DNA of 64,000 nt. Origin: Trichodelitschia bisporula. Lineage: Eukaryota. A program made the position numbers and the translations under genes. The notes under the pieces were generated by a model, which did no database searches, was not told where the DNA came from, and worked only from the letters and a program-made list of their open reading frames with translations. The number at the start of each line of letters is the position of its first letter. Within the stretch, counting starts at the first letter, position 1. The stretch is from NCBI GenBank assembly GCA_010356995.1, contig ML996687.1, positions 187,803 through 251,802 of the forward strand. The letters run 5' to 3'. Below, one piece after another: positions 9,374-20,660 of the stretch.

Positions 9374-12300
9374 ATGCTGTCCGCATTCACGGCCCGACCG
9401 ATCGTCGAGCTCAAGCAGCGCGACAAGAGCAGGATCGAGTCCGTCCTAGCTTACGGTAAGGCTCTGAAGCTCCCAACTGGCCTCTACTTACAGACACAGG
9501 TGATAGACTCCTGATCGGCCTAAACACAGGTTCTCTGCGCATCTACCGGGTCAACGACCTGTCTGAAATCCCAGACGAACAACCGGAGGGCGGCGACAAT
9601 GGCTCGGGCGAGGATGACCCCCGGCCGAAGGTGCGCGTCGTGGATCTCCTGCGCGAAGAAGAGAAGTTCTCTCGAAGGCCGATACAGCAGCTCGCCATCA
9701 TCAAGGAAGCCAACATTCTCGTTTCTCTCTCCGACTACTACGTCTCCATCCACGATCTACAAACTTTCGCACTGCAAGAACGCCTCGAACGTACAAAAGG
9801 AGCGACCCTCTTTGCTGTAACGTCGAACATCGTCAAAGATGAGGAGACCGGCATCCCGTCTATCGTTTCCCGCCTCGCTGTCGCCGTCAAGCGCCGGATT
9901 ATACTGTGGTCGTGGCACGACATGGAGCTGTCCGGCGAGGCAGCGGAAATCACCCTAGTTGCCTCCGTCAAGTCGCTGTCATGGGCGACGGGCACCAAGC
10001 TTGTAGCGGGCATGGACCCAGGCTTCGTGATCGTCGACGTCGATACAAGTGAAGTGGTTGACATCGTCAGGCCCGGCGCGTCCGGCGAGACGCCCGTCCG
10101 TTTCGGTGCCGTAAGCTCGGCGGGCATGGGTTACATGGGCATGGGGAGCTGGGTGCCGAAACCGATGTCGACAAAACTGGGAGACGGCGAGATGCTGCTG
10201 GCTAAGGACGTCAACACTCTGTTTATCGATGCCGACGGCAAGCCCCTGGAGAAGCGTCAGGTCCCGTGGCTGGCGCCTGAGACGCTTGGATATTCGTATC
10301 CATACCTGCTGGCTCTACAACCGCCGGCCAAGGGGACGCTGGAGGTGCGGAATCCGGACAGTCTCTCGTTGCTTCAGGCTATCTCGCTGCCTAATGCGTC
10401 CATTCTGCACGTCCCGCAGCCGAATATCAGCCTCGCGCATGCCGGGAAGGGATTTTTGGTTGCCAGTGACAGATGCGTGTGGCGAATGAGCGCTCTGGAC
10501 TACGACAGTCAGATTGACGAGCTTGTATCCCAACAGCTTTATGACGAGGCCATCAGTCTGCTCGGTCAACTTGAGGATACGCTGCTGCACGACAAGACTG
10601 GCAGGATACGGGAGATCAAGATGCGCAAAGCTCAAGGACTGTTCGAGAAGCGCAAGTATCGCGATGCGCTGTACCTCTTCTCCGATGCCGCTGCGCCCCC
10701 GGCTCGAGTCGTCTCGTTGTATCCCAAGTCTGTTGCTGGAGAGCTGTCTACGGTGGAGGAACCTAGGGAGCCGGAGGAGCCAGAAGCCCAGGATGATGCC
10801 GAGGGGGACGCTACCACACCGGTCAAAGGATCTCCTTCGCTCAAGCCAACGGCAGCGCCAGCAGCCACGCCGAGCAAGTCCATGTTTAGCAGGCTGAGAG
10901 CGGCTGACAAGAAGCCAGAGCCGGATGCGGCCTCCGTGAGGTCTCTCAAAGTGGATTCTGACGCGGCAAGCATTCGCAGCAAGGCAGCGGAGCCCGATAG
11001 GCCGCTAGAAGGGAAGGACCTGATGATTGCTGTGAACGAGCTATGTGCATTCCTCGCCCAGGCTCGCGTTCAATTGCCGAAGATCATCAACTACGACGGT
11101 TCACTCAAGACTCCTCTTCCGCCGCCGAATGAACGAGAGGAGGGCTATGTACCCCCATTTCATCACTGGATTGTCCGTTCATCGGATGATGAGGAGGTTG
11201 ACTGGGAGAAGAAGCTGTTTGAAGTGGCTACATTGGTAGATACCTGTCTATTTCGAGCATACATGCTCGCACGACCTGCCCTTGCCGGATCCCTCTTCCG
11301 CCTCGACAACTTCTGTGATCCGGCCGTTGTTCGGGATAAGCTTTACGAAAGCGGCCGCTACGGCGACTTGATCGACTTCCTCCACGGCAAGAAGCTGCAT
11401 CGTGAGGCACTTGAGCTGCTGAAGAAGTTTGGCCAGGATGAAGCAGGCGAAGACGTCAATCCGGCGCTTCGTGGGCCGCAGAGAACTGTCGGCTACCTAC
11501 AACAACTACCACCTCAACACGTCGACTTAATATTAGAGTTTGCGGAGTGGCCCATTCGGGTTGATCAAAAGCTCACCATGCGGGTGTTCCTTGCGGACTC
11601 TGAAAATGCTGAGACACTATCACGGGAGCGTGTGCTTGACTTCCTACAGGGCATCGATATGAGGCTGGCTGTACGTTATCTGGAGCATATTATTTACGAG
11701 CTCAACGATGCGACGCCGGACTTCCATCAGCGCTTGATACATTGGTATCTTCAACGCCTCAAGCAGAAGGACGACAAGCCGAGCGGAATCGGAGTTCCTG
11801 ACTTTGACAGCGATGAGGAGCGAGCAGACTGGCAGGGGCGGCTGGAGAAGATGCTCAGGAGTAGTGGACAGTACAACTTCAACCGGGTCCGCATACAGCT
11901 TCCGGACGACGGTAAATGTCTCTCATTCACTCCAGGAATATATCTAATCTCAACTAGATCCCACATTCTTCGAGTCTCGCGCAATTGTTCTTTGCAAGAT
12001 GAAGCAGCACCGGCAAGCGCTCCAGATCTACGTGTTCCAAGTCGAGGATTACCAAAAAGCCGAAGAGTATGTTACCAACGTTTCTAGTTGACCCTACTGA
12101 TCGTCCATAGCTACTGCAACCATGTCCACCTCCTTGAATCACCAAATAACGCAACCACCTCCGTTACAGATGAGCCAGAGGACTCCAGCCCTTCAATCTA
12201 CCACACCCTCCTCTCTCTATACCTAACCCCCCCACCCCCCCACAAGCCAAACTGGCCGCCAGCCCTCGACCTCCTCTCCAAGCACGGCGCCCGACTCCCC

Positions 12301-12633
12301 GCCTCGTCAACGCTCGACATCATCCCCGCCCAGCTCCCGGTCAAAGAACTCGAGTCGTATTTCCGCGGCCGCATGCGCTCGGCCAATAGTATGATGAACG
12401 AGGAGCGCATCGAGGCGCGGCTGCGGGGCGTGGAAAAGGTGGCGGTGGATGCGCAGTTGTTGCTTGGGGAGCGGGCGAGGAAGGCGATTGTCCGCGAGGA
12501 TATGTTGTGCAGTGTTTGCCACAAGCGGTTTGGGCAGAGTGCGATTCGCGTGTATCCGGATAGTACGGCGGTGCATTATGGGTGTGTGAACCGGGGGAAG
12601 GTTGGGGGGGAGTCGAGGAGGGCGTGGGCTTGA
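9374..12633 (+). CDS. vps39: Vacuolar sorting protein Vps39/Vam6 (AvaB; HOPS subunit), multi-exon
   Basis: Starts MLSAFTARPIVELKQRDKSRIESVLAYG; CNH domain; SLFRLDNFC..LIDFLHGKKLHREALELL (Vps39_1); C-terminal CSVCHKRFGQSAIRVYPD..VHYGC (Vps39_2). Confidence 0.95.
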
Positions 12634-12829
12634 GGGTTTGAGGGGAGTTTGGCGCGTGATGAACTTGGGATTTGGGAGGGTTCGTAGTTTGCAGCATTCT
12701 ATGGGGTTGGGAACTGAACACGGCCATATCGTCGGTTCATGTAGGTTTAGATGTCTTGACGGGCCATGGAGCATCTTGTGGTATTCTGTGGCATCTCGGT
12801 CGTAAAATATTCGCCTGAAGCGACGCCGC

Positions 12830-13081
12830 TCAGTCGTCCTCCACCACCTCCTCGCCGTAGTTCTCCTCTTCGGCGGCGTCGTCAACGGCCTTGTCCTCTT
12901 CCATTTTCTTGGTAAAGAAGACGTTGACTTGATCCTGGAGTTGTGTCAAGGAGGAGCGCAAGGCGGAGAGATATGCTGTGCGGTCATCGGTTGACGGTGC
13001 GGGGTCCACGGTGGGTAACGAGAAGATGAAGTCTTTGGGGTCGCTCGAGGCGGATGAGTAGGCAGCTTTTAACTCGACCAT
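12830..13081 (-). CDS. gon7: EKC/KEOPS complex subunit Gon7
   Basis: 83 aa: LKAAYSS..F...YLSALRSSLTQLQDQVNVFFTKKMEEDK..EEENYGEE, the Gon7 pattern. Confidence 0.8.
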   Translation of the reverse strand: MVELKAAYSSASSDPKDFIFSLPTVDPAPSTDDRTAYLSALRSSLTQLQDQVNVFFTKKMEEDKAVDDAAEEENYGEEVVEDD

Positions 13082-13623
13082 GGTGAGGTCGCCAACTGAA
13101 AAGTCTGAACAAAGGACTGGCAAAAGTGGCGACAATCAAATGGCGGGGCTTCTGGAGTCGTTCGAATCTGGTGGTGGTGCCTGATTTGCGAGGTGGTGGA
13201 ATGCCGCTAGGCCAATTGGAGGGGCGGCACGATCCAGGCCCTTGGTTGGGGGTTCTGTGATGCAACAATTGCCCAAGACCATTTCCCATGCGCACCGCCT
13301 CTCTCACACTGTCACTTTCATGTCCTCATATGTACTTCGCTTAGTTGTACCTGTACAACCTCCACCGTCTCATATCCAACTTCTCTCGGCTTCTCCCTCA
13401 CACTGTCTCTCTTACACTCCCGCCCGCTCGCTGTAGTCCGGGAAAGCCGTTCTTTCGTATCCTATGGGCTGGCACTCCTCCGTCGAAACCTGGATGCAAG
13501 TGAGCCCGCCAGCCAGCCTCTCATCGCTCTCCTTCGCCCCCCCCCCAAACCCATGCTCCTCAGCTGGTCGCCAGGATCGTAATCCGCAATCGTTAAAAAA
13601 GAGACGCACCGCGCTGTTACACA

Positions 13624-16152
13624 ATGTCTTCGTCTCCGAGCAAGCCCCCGCTGAGCTCCCCGATTGCCCTCCCCGCATCAGCGTCCGGCGTCAACAACCA
13701 CCGACAAAGAACACACTCCCTGTCCAGCGACGAGTCGGATTCTTCCACTCATACCACGAAGATCACTCAGTCTCCGCAGTACCACCGCACCGCGACGCTG
13801 GACCCTGCCGCTGGTAATGCGAGCGTCGCCGCCAACAGCAGTAGCAGCAGCGCCGCTGGTGTCCACAACTTCTCGCGTCCTGCGCTCCGGCCCCTCAATG
13901 AGCGAGACGGTTCGCGACAAAGGTCGCAGTCGCCCATAGTCGAGCACTCGACTGCTACGACTCCGTCGACCACTTCGGTCTGGAAGCCCGGCCACCGGCC
14001 GCGCCAGCACTCTCAGGGCTACTACGAGTCCGCGCAGCGCCCGCCAGCCTCACCTACGCAAGCGGGTCTCAGTGCTGCGCAGATTGCCGCCCAACAAGCA
14101 AGCATGCAGCTTCAAGGCTTTCAGCACAACCGCAAGCGTTCGCAGACCATTCCCGACCCCTCAGCGCCACCGGGGCAGCAGCCGCCTATGTATCGCCCCC
14201 CGCTCCCGCAGACGTCGGCGACGCATGCGGCCAACTTCCCTAGCAACCCGAATTTGCGCAACATTGATGGCTTTATCGGGGGCCACAGCCTTGCTGCTGC
14301 TAACGCCGCGTTTCCTGCCCGCAGCCCTCAATACTCGCCCCAGCTGCCCCCCGATCGCGCGCCGCCGCCTGTGCCGGACAAGGATGCTAAACCGAGCAAG
14401 GAGAAGTCGAAGATGAAGTTGTTCTCGAAACCTAAGAGTATCGGCATATACAAGGAGAAGGATGCGGGTGGGAGGCACCCCGCGCTGCCCTCGCCTAACA
14501 AGCTTGGGATTCACGCTTCGGGCGCGGCGGGGCGTCTGGCGAACGCGTCGACGACTAGTCTGGTTGACCCGTTGATATCGGGCGCGGCGTCGCTGTACTC
14601 ATCCGCCAACGCATCGACGTCGACCTTGGTCCCGACGGAGAGGGAAAAGGAAAAAGAGAAGCACAAGCACCACTTTCTCTCGAGACAGAAGAACAAGCTG
14701 AGGGACAAGGACGACTTTCACTTGCCGCTGTCGTCCGCCAACAGCAACTCGAAACCTACGGATCCAAAGGCACCGCAGCCGCTGTATTCATTTGCGGCCC
14801 CTTCGTCACCGGGTCATTCCAGCACGTTTACAAAGTCTGTCAGCGGGTTGGATCTCAGGCACGGCGGTCGTGCGCTGCGGGAGAAGAAAAAGGAAGAAAA
14901 GTCTACTCTGGGCCCGTCGTCTACGTCTAGCACATTACTAGAAGCGGGTCTGATACGCGAGCGCGATGCATCCTTCAGCCAGGACCGGCCGATGCCGTCG
15001 AGCTTTTCATCGAGCAGTGTTTTCAACCCCACCGCTTCCGGCAGCAGCCTCACCCTTTCCGCCGACTACTCCCTGACGCCGGCCGGTATCGCGAGCATCG
15101 GCACAGCATTCGGGATGCCCGGAATGTCGCCAGACGAGGCGTGGCCACTGCTCAAAGCGAAAGCGCTCAACATCTTCGAGGGTGAGGATCCCCGCCGGCC
15201 TATTGAAGACCTCAATTCGTTGGTTTCAGTGCACTTGCGCCGGTGCATCCAGCGCCGCAATCCGGCCGCCATCATCGAAGACCTTGACGAGCTCCTGCAG
15301 ACGGGCTTCCTGTCCCTCGACCAGACCCTGCGTCACGTGCCGGACGAGCGTCTGGTGCCGCATCTCGTGGCCATGTGGAAGTTGGTGTTTAGCACCATCC
15401 TCCCCTTCCTCCAAGCCGTCTTCCTCCCCCTAGATCTCGAATTCAAGGGAAGAGGCCCGCTCATGACCGCCCGCGAAGCCGCCGAGTTCTGGGGCGCATA
15501 CCTCCCGGACGCCGACCCGCTGGGCCAGAATCGCAACATCCCGACCCTGGGCGAGGAATTCGACGTCAGGCGCATTACACTACTCACCTTCCGCGACACG
15601 GTTATTCTGCCGCGGAACGACGCGCTGATGGCGATTTTTTCAAGACTGAGTCTGGAGAGCATTAATGCGGGGTTTAGTTCGCCGTTGCCGGATCCGGGCC
15701 CCGGCTTGCCGATGGGTGCGATTGATTGGCGGCCGAGCACGGCGGCGAGTGAGCAACTAGGCCCGTCTGTGGATCGGTTTGGGAGCTATGCTTCGTTGTT
15801 GGGGTCGGTGGGGGATGCGGCGAGTTTGGCGAGTCGGAGCCGGGCGGCGAGTAATACGAGTGGGGCGAGTTATTCGTCTGTGCCCTCGATGGGTACGAGC
15901 GGGAGTCCGGCGCTGCCACCTCCGCCGCCGCCGCCATTGGACTCGGCTCAAGTGACGGAGATGGTGGGGAGGATGTTGCAGTGTGTTAGTGTGCTTGCGA
16001 GTGTGCAGAGTGGGGATGAGGCGCAGGGGAAGATGGAACGTTTGACGAAGGAGTTGAAGCTGAATTGGCTTGGACGGGGACGGACAGGGAGGCAGAGGAG
16101 GGGGTTTGTGGGGACTAGGCCGGTGAGGGGGGGGGTTGCTGTTGGTGGTTAG
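13624..16152 (+). CDS. HbrB-domain protein (Bit61/PRR5-like TORC2-associated)
   Basis: 842-aa ORF; AWPLLKAKALNIFEGE..IEDLNSLV..WKLVFSTILPFLQAVFLPLD..FRDTVILP is the HbrB-like domain. Confidence 0.85.
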   Translation: MSSSPSKPPLSSPIALPASASGVNNHRQRTHSLSSDESDSSTHTTKITQSPQYHRTATLDPAAGNASVAANSSSSSAAGVHNFSRPALRPLNERDGSRQRSQSPIVEHSTATTPSTTSVWKPGHRPRQHSQGYYESAQRPPASPTQAGLSAAQIAAQQASMQLQGFQHNRKRSQTIPDPSAPPGQQPPMYRPPLPQTSATHAANFPSNPNLRNIDGFIGGHSLAAANAAFPARSPQYSPQLPPDRAPPPVPDKDAKPSKEKSKMKLFSKPKSIGIYKEKDAGGRHPALPSPNKLGIHASGAAGRLANASTTSLVDPLISGAASLYSSANASTSTLVPTEREKEKEKHKHHFLSRQKNKLRDKDDFHLPLSSANSNSKPTDPKAPQPLYSFAAPSSPGHSSTFTKSVSGLDLRHGGRALREKKKEEKSTLGPSSTSSTLLEAGLIRERDASFSQDRPMPSSFSSSSVFNPTASGSSLTLSADYSLTPAGIASIGTAFGMPGMSPDEAWPLLKAKALNIFEGEDPRRPIEDLNSLVSVHLRRCIQRRNPAAIIEDLDELLQTGFLSLDQTLRHVPDERLVPHLVAMWKLVFSTILPFLQAVFLPLDLEFKGRGPLMTAREAAEFWGAYLPDADPLGQNRNIPTLGEEFDVRRITLLTFRDTVILPRNDALMAIFSRLSLESINAGFSSPLPDPGPGLPMGAIDWRPSTAASEQLGPSVDRFGSYASLLGSVGDAASLASRSRAASNTSGASYSSVPSMGTSGSPALPPPPPPPLDSAQVTEMVGRMLQCVSVLASVQSGDEAQGKMERLTKELKLNWLGRGRTGRQRRGFVGTRPVRGGVAVGG

Positions 16153-17142
16153 AGGGTGATGCTTTCCGGGATGGCGTTTGGGTGGTAAAGGCGCGGGATG
16201 GGCGTGAGGCTTGTATATACCCCACACTGCGCGATGGGACGACGGTATGGAAGGGATATGTGGGCGTTTGGTACGTAGTGGGATCGTGGGCTTTGCTTCC
16301 TACAAAACTGTAAGGAGTCTGCTAGAACTGAGCCTTGCTAGGCTCGAATGCTATTCACGAGCCGACCGATATCTGTTATCATGCTTCGCTTAACGTGGGA
16401 TATCAGCACTTAACGGGCACCGTCCAACCCGCAGCAGCCATATTGACGGCACTTTATATCCATGACGGGGTATGTGCATCCCGGGCAGGTGGGTTTAACA
16501 GGAACAGTAAGCGGCCCGGGGGTTTGGGTCGTGTATTTCTGGGTTGGGGTAGGGGCGTGGTCATTGGAGGGACGTGAAGGAGGCAAGCGCACGACCATAT
16601 CTGGTCAGGAACGACGTCGGCGAGTCTGTCCCTCAACGAAGGCAAGCGACGCTGTAGACGAACATTTAGCAACTTCTACGTAACCATGAAACAACGCTGC
16701 CGTTCCACCGAGAGCCCTCGTCAGCGGGCCATCACCCAGACATATCCCACACGTACCCCGTATCGAGGCTCTAAGCCGCTACTGACGGCACATTAGCCCG
16801 GCTCGCCGCACCATCTCCCGATATCCTCGCCTTCATGCCCTCTGGATAACCGCGCCACCCTTCCTCAAATATATTGCATTCCATACCAAACACGCGCGCA
16901 GGCTAGCATTCGATAATTCCGCGCTTGGCGCCGGGGGGAACATGAATCGCGCGGCACCTGTCTCCTCGCCTCCTCCTCTCTTACCGCGGCTGGTTAACGG
17001 CTTCTCCGCAGGATGGCGTAGGCTAATTTCTTTGACAAGCCCGCGGCGAGGGTTGGATGCGCCGCCGGCACGCCTTCCGGCGCAGGGTCACGGCGTGGAT
17101 GGAGGCTAGGGGAGGGGGCGTCTGGGGTGCTTGGAGGGCTTT

Positions 17143-17143
<1 letters not shown>

Positions 17144-17178
<35 letters not shown>
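17144..17178 (+). repeat. Poly-G homopolymer (35 G)
   Basis: Uninterrupted G run read directly from the sequence. Confidence 0.95.
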
Positions 17179-17179
<1 letters not shown>

Positions 17180-17406
17180 GTTGATACTTGAAACGCCCTG
17201 CCCGCGCTGCCCTGGGGTGGAGTGGAATGTAGAGTACACGGGCTGGTGGGGCTTTGTGCTTTGTTCCTGGAACTACTCCTTTATCGTATCTCACCACCCA
17301 TCGCGAGCTTTGTGTGTTCCCGAGGGCGCTGTGGCGACAAGGCTGAACTCGGCATCGCGACTGCATTTCCGGACTGGACGATGCGACAAGGCTGCACGTC
17401 GACACG

Positions 17407-18963
17407 ATGAAGGATAACTACGATGGGCGCTTCGCGCGCCTCGCGCCCGACGACATCATCACGCTGCTCGACAAGAAAGAGAGGGGGCTGGAACTAGACA
17501 GCGACTCCGAGGCGTCGTCGGCGTCGACACCGAATCTGCTCTCGCGCCTCCCGCCGCCGACGCCGACTCTCCATCTCCACCTCCCGCGAATACATGTACC
17601 ACCGCTCCAGACGCTTTTCCTGCGCACGCTGCACTTCCTCCTCCCCAGCTTCCTCCGCCACACCCACGGCCCGACGGCATCACTGCACCCAACCGCGTAC
17701 CTGGATGGATTACGCGGCCTAGCGGCGTTGTTTGTGTTTTTCTGCCACCATGCGTACACCTCCTTTGTCATTACGCGCGGGTACGGGGTCGATGGTCACG
17801 GCTCCCCGCTCCTGCTCCCCATCGTCCGGTTGCTGTACTCCGGCCCGCCGATGGTGTGCGTGTTCTTCGTCGTGTCTGGGTACGCGTTGAGCCTCAAGCC
17901 GCTGCGGTTGGCGAGGGCGCGGAATTGGGATGCGTTTGCGGGGTGCTTGAGTAGTGCGGTGTTTCGGCGGGCGATGAGGTTGTTTTTTCCGACGACGGTG
18001 TCTACGGGGATGATAGCGCTACTTCTACAGCTAGGCGCTTACGAGCCGACCCGTGCTTTTGCCCAGGATAGGAGATATGTGCGGAATGTGGTCGAGCATC
18101 ATCCGGTCAGGCTGGGGAGCCTGGGGGCGCAGTTGAGGGACTGGGCTAGGACGTTGTTCAATTTTGTGCATGTCTGGACGTGGGCGCCGTTTGGCGGGAG
18201 CACGCCGTATGATGTACACCTCTGGACTATTCCGGTGGAGTTTCGGTGCTCCGCGGTACTGTTTTTGACGTTGCTGGGGTTGGGGAGGGTGAGGGCGGGG
18301 ATACGCCTTTTCCTGCTGAGCTTGATTATGGCGTTTACGTTGAGGAGTGATCGGTGGGAGATGACGCTTTTCTTCGCGGGGATGATGCTCGCCGAATTGG
18401 ACCTGATGCGGGGAGCACACCGCCCACCGCCGTCACCTCTGAATCTGGAACCTCTGAATCTGGAGTCTCAGCCTCGCATCTCCGCCTTCCGGACCGGGCT
18501 CTGGCGCCTCGTCGCCCTGGCCGCGCTGTACCTCATGAGCCAACCCGACGAGGCCGCAGAGCGCACCTACGGCTGGCGCACACTCGTCCGCCTCATCCCC
18601 GGGTGGTTCAGCGAGAAATACCGGTTCTACCAGTGTCTCGGGAGCGTGTTCTTCGTCTTAGCCGTGGGACGGGAACGGGGTTTGAGAAGGGTGTTTGAGG
18701 CGAGGTGCGTGCAGTACTTCGGCAGGATATCGTATGCGTTGTATTTGGTGCATGGGCCGGTTATTCATGTTTTGGGGTATAAGGTGATGGGGGGGGCGTG
18801 GGGGTGGACGGGCGTGGAGGGGGGGTATGTGGGCGGTTGGGTGGGGGGGACGGTGGTTGTGGTGCCGTTGACGGTGTGGGTGGCGGATGTTTGGTGGAGG
18901 GGAGTTGATGCGCCGGTTGTGAGACTGGCGAGATGGGTGGAGGGGAAATGCGAAGGGGGGTGA
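17407..18963 (+). CDS. Acyltransferase family 3 membrane protein
   Basis: TAYLDGLRGLAALFVFFCH, VCVFFVVSGYALS, FRRAMRLFFP, HLWTIPVEFRCS and GRISYALYLVHGP motifs, with multiple TM segments. Confidence 0.92.
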   Translation: MKDNYDGRFARLAPDDIITLLDKKERGLELDSDSEASSASTPNLLSRLPPPTPTLHLHLPRIHVPPLQTLFLRTLHFLLPSFLRHTHGPTASLHPTAYLDGLRGLAALFVFFCHHAYTSFVITRGYGVDGHGSPLLLPIVRLLYSGPPMVCVFFVVSGYALSLKPLRLARARNWDAFAGCLSSAVFRRAMRLFFPTTVSTGMIALLLQLGAYEPTRAFAQDRRYVRNVVEHHPVRLGSLGAQLRDWARTLFNFVHVWTWAPFGGSTPYDVHLWTIPVEFRCSAVLFLTLLGLGRVRAGIRLFLLSLIMAFTLRSDRWEMTLFFAGMMLAELDLMRGAHRPPPSPLNLEPLNLESQPRISAFRTGLWRLVALAALYLMSQPDEAAERTYGWRTLVRLIPGWFSEKYRFYQCLGSVFFVLAVGRERGLRRVFEARCVQYFGRISYALYLVHGPVIHVLGYKVMGGAWGWTGVEGGYVGGWVGGTVVVVPLTVWVADVWWRGVDAPVVRLARWVEGKCEGG

Positions 18964-19367
18964 TGGGGGACGAGGAGGGATGGGTTAGCGATGGCCTCGT
19001 TCGAGGCTTGGGTGGCGGGATTGCGATGAGGTTGTGATGGCCTCTTTTGAGTGGTTGGCTCTGAAGCATCACGGCGTTGTGGGGAGGGGTTGGACTGGGT
19101 CCTAGTCGGACGCTGGTGCTGGAAGGGGACTGGGGTCTTTGTCCGTGGTAGATCACGATGGTTTGGGTTAGAGGGTGATGATTGAGGCTTCTGGTGTTAG
19201 ATGCCTTGATGTATTGTATGCTGTTCATGAGCACGGAAAATGGAATGATTCTGCTGGATATGGCCATGCCGGCGAGACGGCATTGTCTTTTGAGCTCGAG
19301 GATCCTTTGCTGTGCGTTAGCTAGTGTCTATGGAGGAGTAGAGAGCACTGAATAGCATCAATTTCAG

Positions 19368-19420
19368 GACTGTCGTCCTTTTTGAAGGATCAAAGACTGT
19401 CGTCTCTTTGAAGGATCAAC
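19368..19420 (+). repeat. 27-bp tandem duplication (GACTGTCGTCYYTTTGAAGGATCAA x2)
   Basis: Copies start at 19368 and 19395. Confidence 0.9.
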
Positions 19421-19978
19421 AAGCACCAAGCACTCTCCGCGATAGTGATAGGATTGCCCTCCCTCCTACCGAGCACCGGCCCGGCCACCCCCCTGAACAG
19501 ATCCGATTACCTGGCTCTGAAGCAAAGCCACTCGGGAGCCGCCGGGTTGCGACGTCAGCCTCAACTTAGCCTCGCCGGGTGTTATCCCCCCCGGGCACGG
19601 GTACGGATTAGGCCGAGGAAACCGTTCGCCGGTCGCGTGCCCGCGGGGTACGAATTGGGAAGAGGAGGTTAGAATTGGCATCTGTTCGGTTAGATCCCGA
19701 ATGGCTGGGAGGAGCTAGGGGATGGTGCGGGATTTGACTCCTTGGGCGGATTTGCTAGAGGCGCTGTTTGCGGGGGATGAAGGATTGGTGGGGTCAGGTG
19801 CGTGGGTGTGGGGTTTGCCGTGGGCTTTTGAGGGGTTGGAAGTGCTGGAGGGGGGTAGAGGACGGGTTGATGGAGATGTTTTGAGGCCAATTGGACTGAG
19901 TTGAAGGGAAGAGGATGTGGGATTGGATGTGCAATGGGGATGTGCAATGGGGTGGGATGATGCGGGGTGATGGGGAGG

Positions 19979-20085
19979 ATGTGGTGGTGGTGGAGGTGGT
20001 GGTGGTGGTGGTGGAGGTGGTGGTGGTGGAGGTGGTGGTGGTGGTGGTGGAGGTGGTGGTGGTGGTGGTGGAGGTGGAGGTGGTG
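19979..20085 (+). repeat. (GGT/GGA)n trinucleotide microsatellite
   Basis: About 105 bp of GGT repeats interspersed with GGA. Confidence 0.95.
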
Positions 20086-20660
20086 CAGCAGTTGATGGTG
20101 AGAGTATCCGTACTGTATGCAGGCAAGCCAGGTGCTTGAGCTTGTGCGAGCCCTTTTGCATGCATCGAGAACAGCTTTCTATCTCTTGTACTCCAATTAT
20201 CTCAGAAGTGTAAACAATGCTGTGATTCATCTCCATTCATTGCTTCAAGTTGTCAAATCCCAATCCTTCCAGCGTCATAGCCAATTTGTTCTCCTCAACC
20301 GCAACCGGAGGTGACTCGTTCGCTTCCCTCCCTCGGCCCGCCGCCACGCCCGCAACGTCGGTGGAGTCCCGCGAAACAACCAACCCAGCTTGCTCACCTG
20401 CTCATCTGCTCTCTGACCCGACAAGCTCAAGAACAGCATCTACCTTCTCGACAACCCACCTCCACCTCATTCATACCATCCAGTCATCCTTCACTCACAT
20501 CGCTTTCACAGCTTCTGAGCTTGCTGTCTACTTTGTTGCTCCCTCCCCCCTCCCCCCTCCCCCGCTCCTCTTTCTCCGCTCCTCTCCTACTCCCCGGAGA
20601 ACACACCACAACACCCACCACCTAGTCCAAACGCCGCCGGCGGGCCATTCGCTATCAACC

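Noticed and set aside
19555..19645. HDV-like ribozyme on the - strand (TTCCTCG loop, GCTAA)
   Set aside because: P3' and P1' are separated by 11 extra nt and P2 pairing is poor, so the topology does not fit.
19715..20236. Poly-Pro, poly-Thr and poly-Val ORFs
   Set aside because: Translations of the GGT/GGA microsatellite, with no other coding signal.
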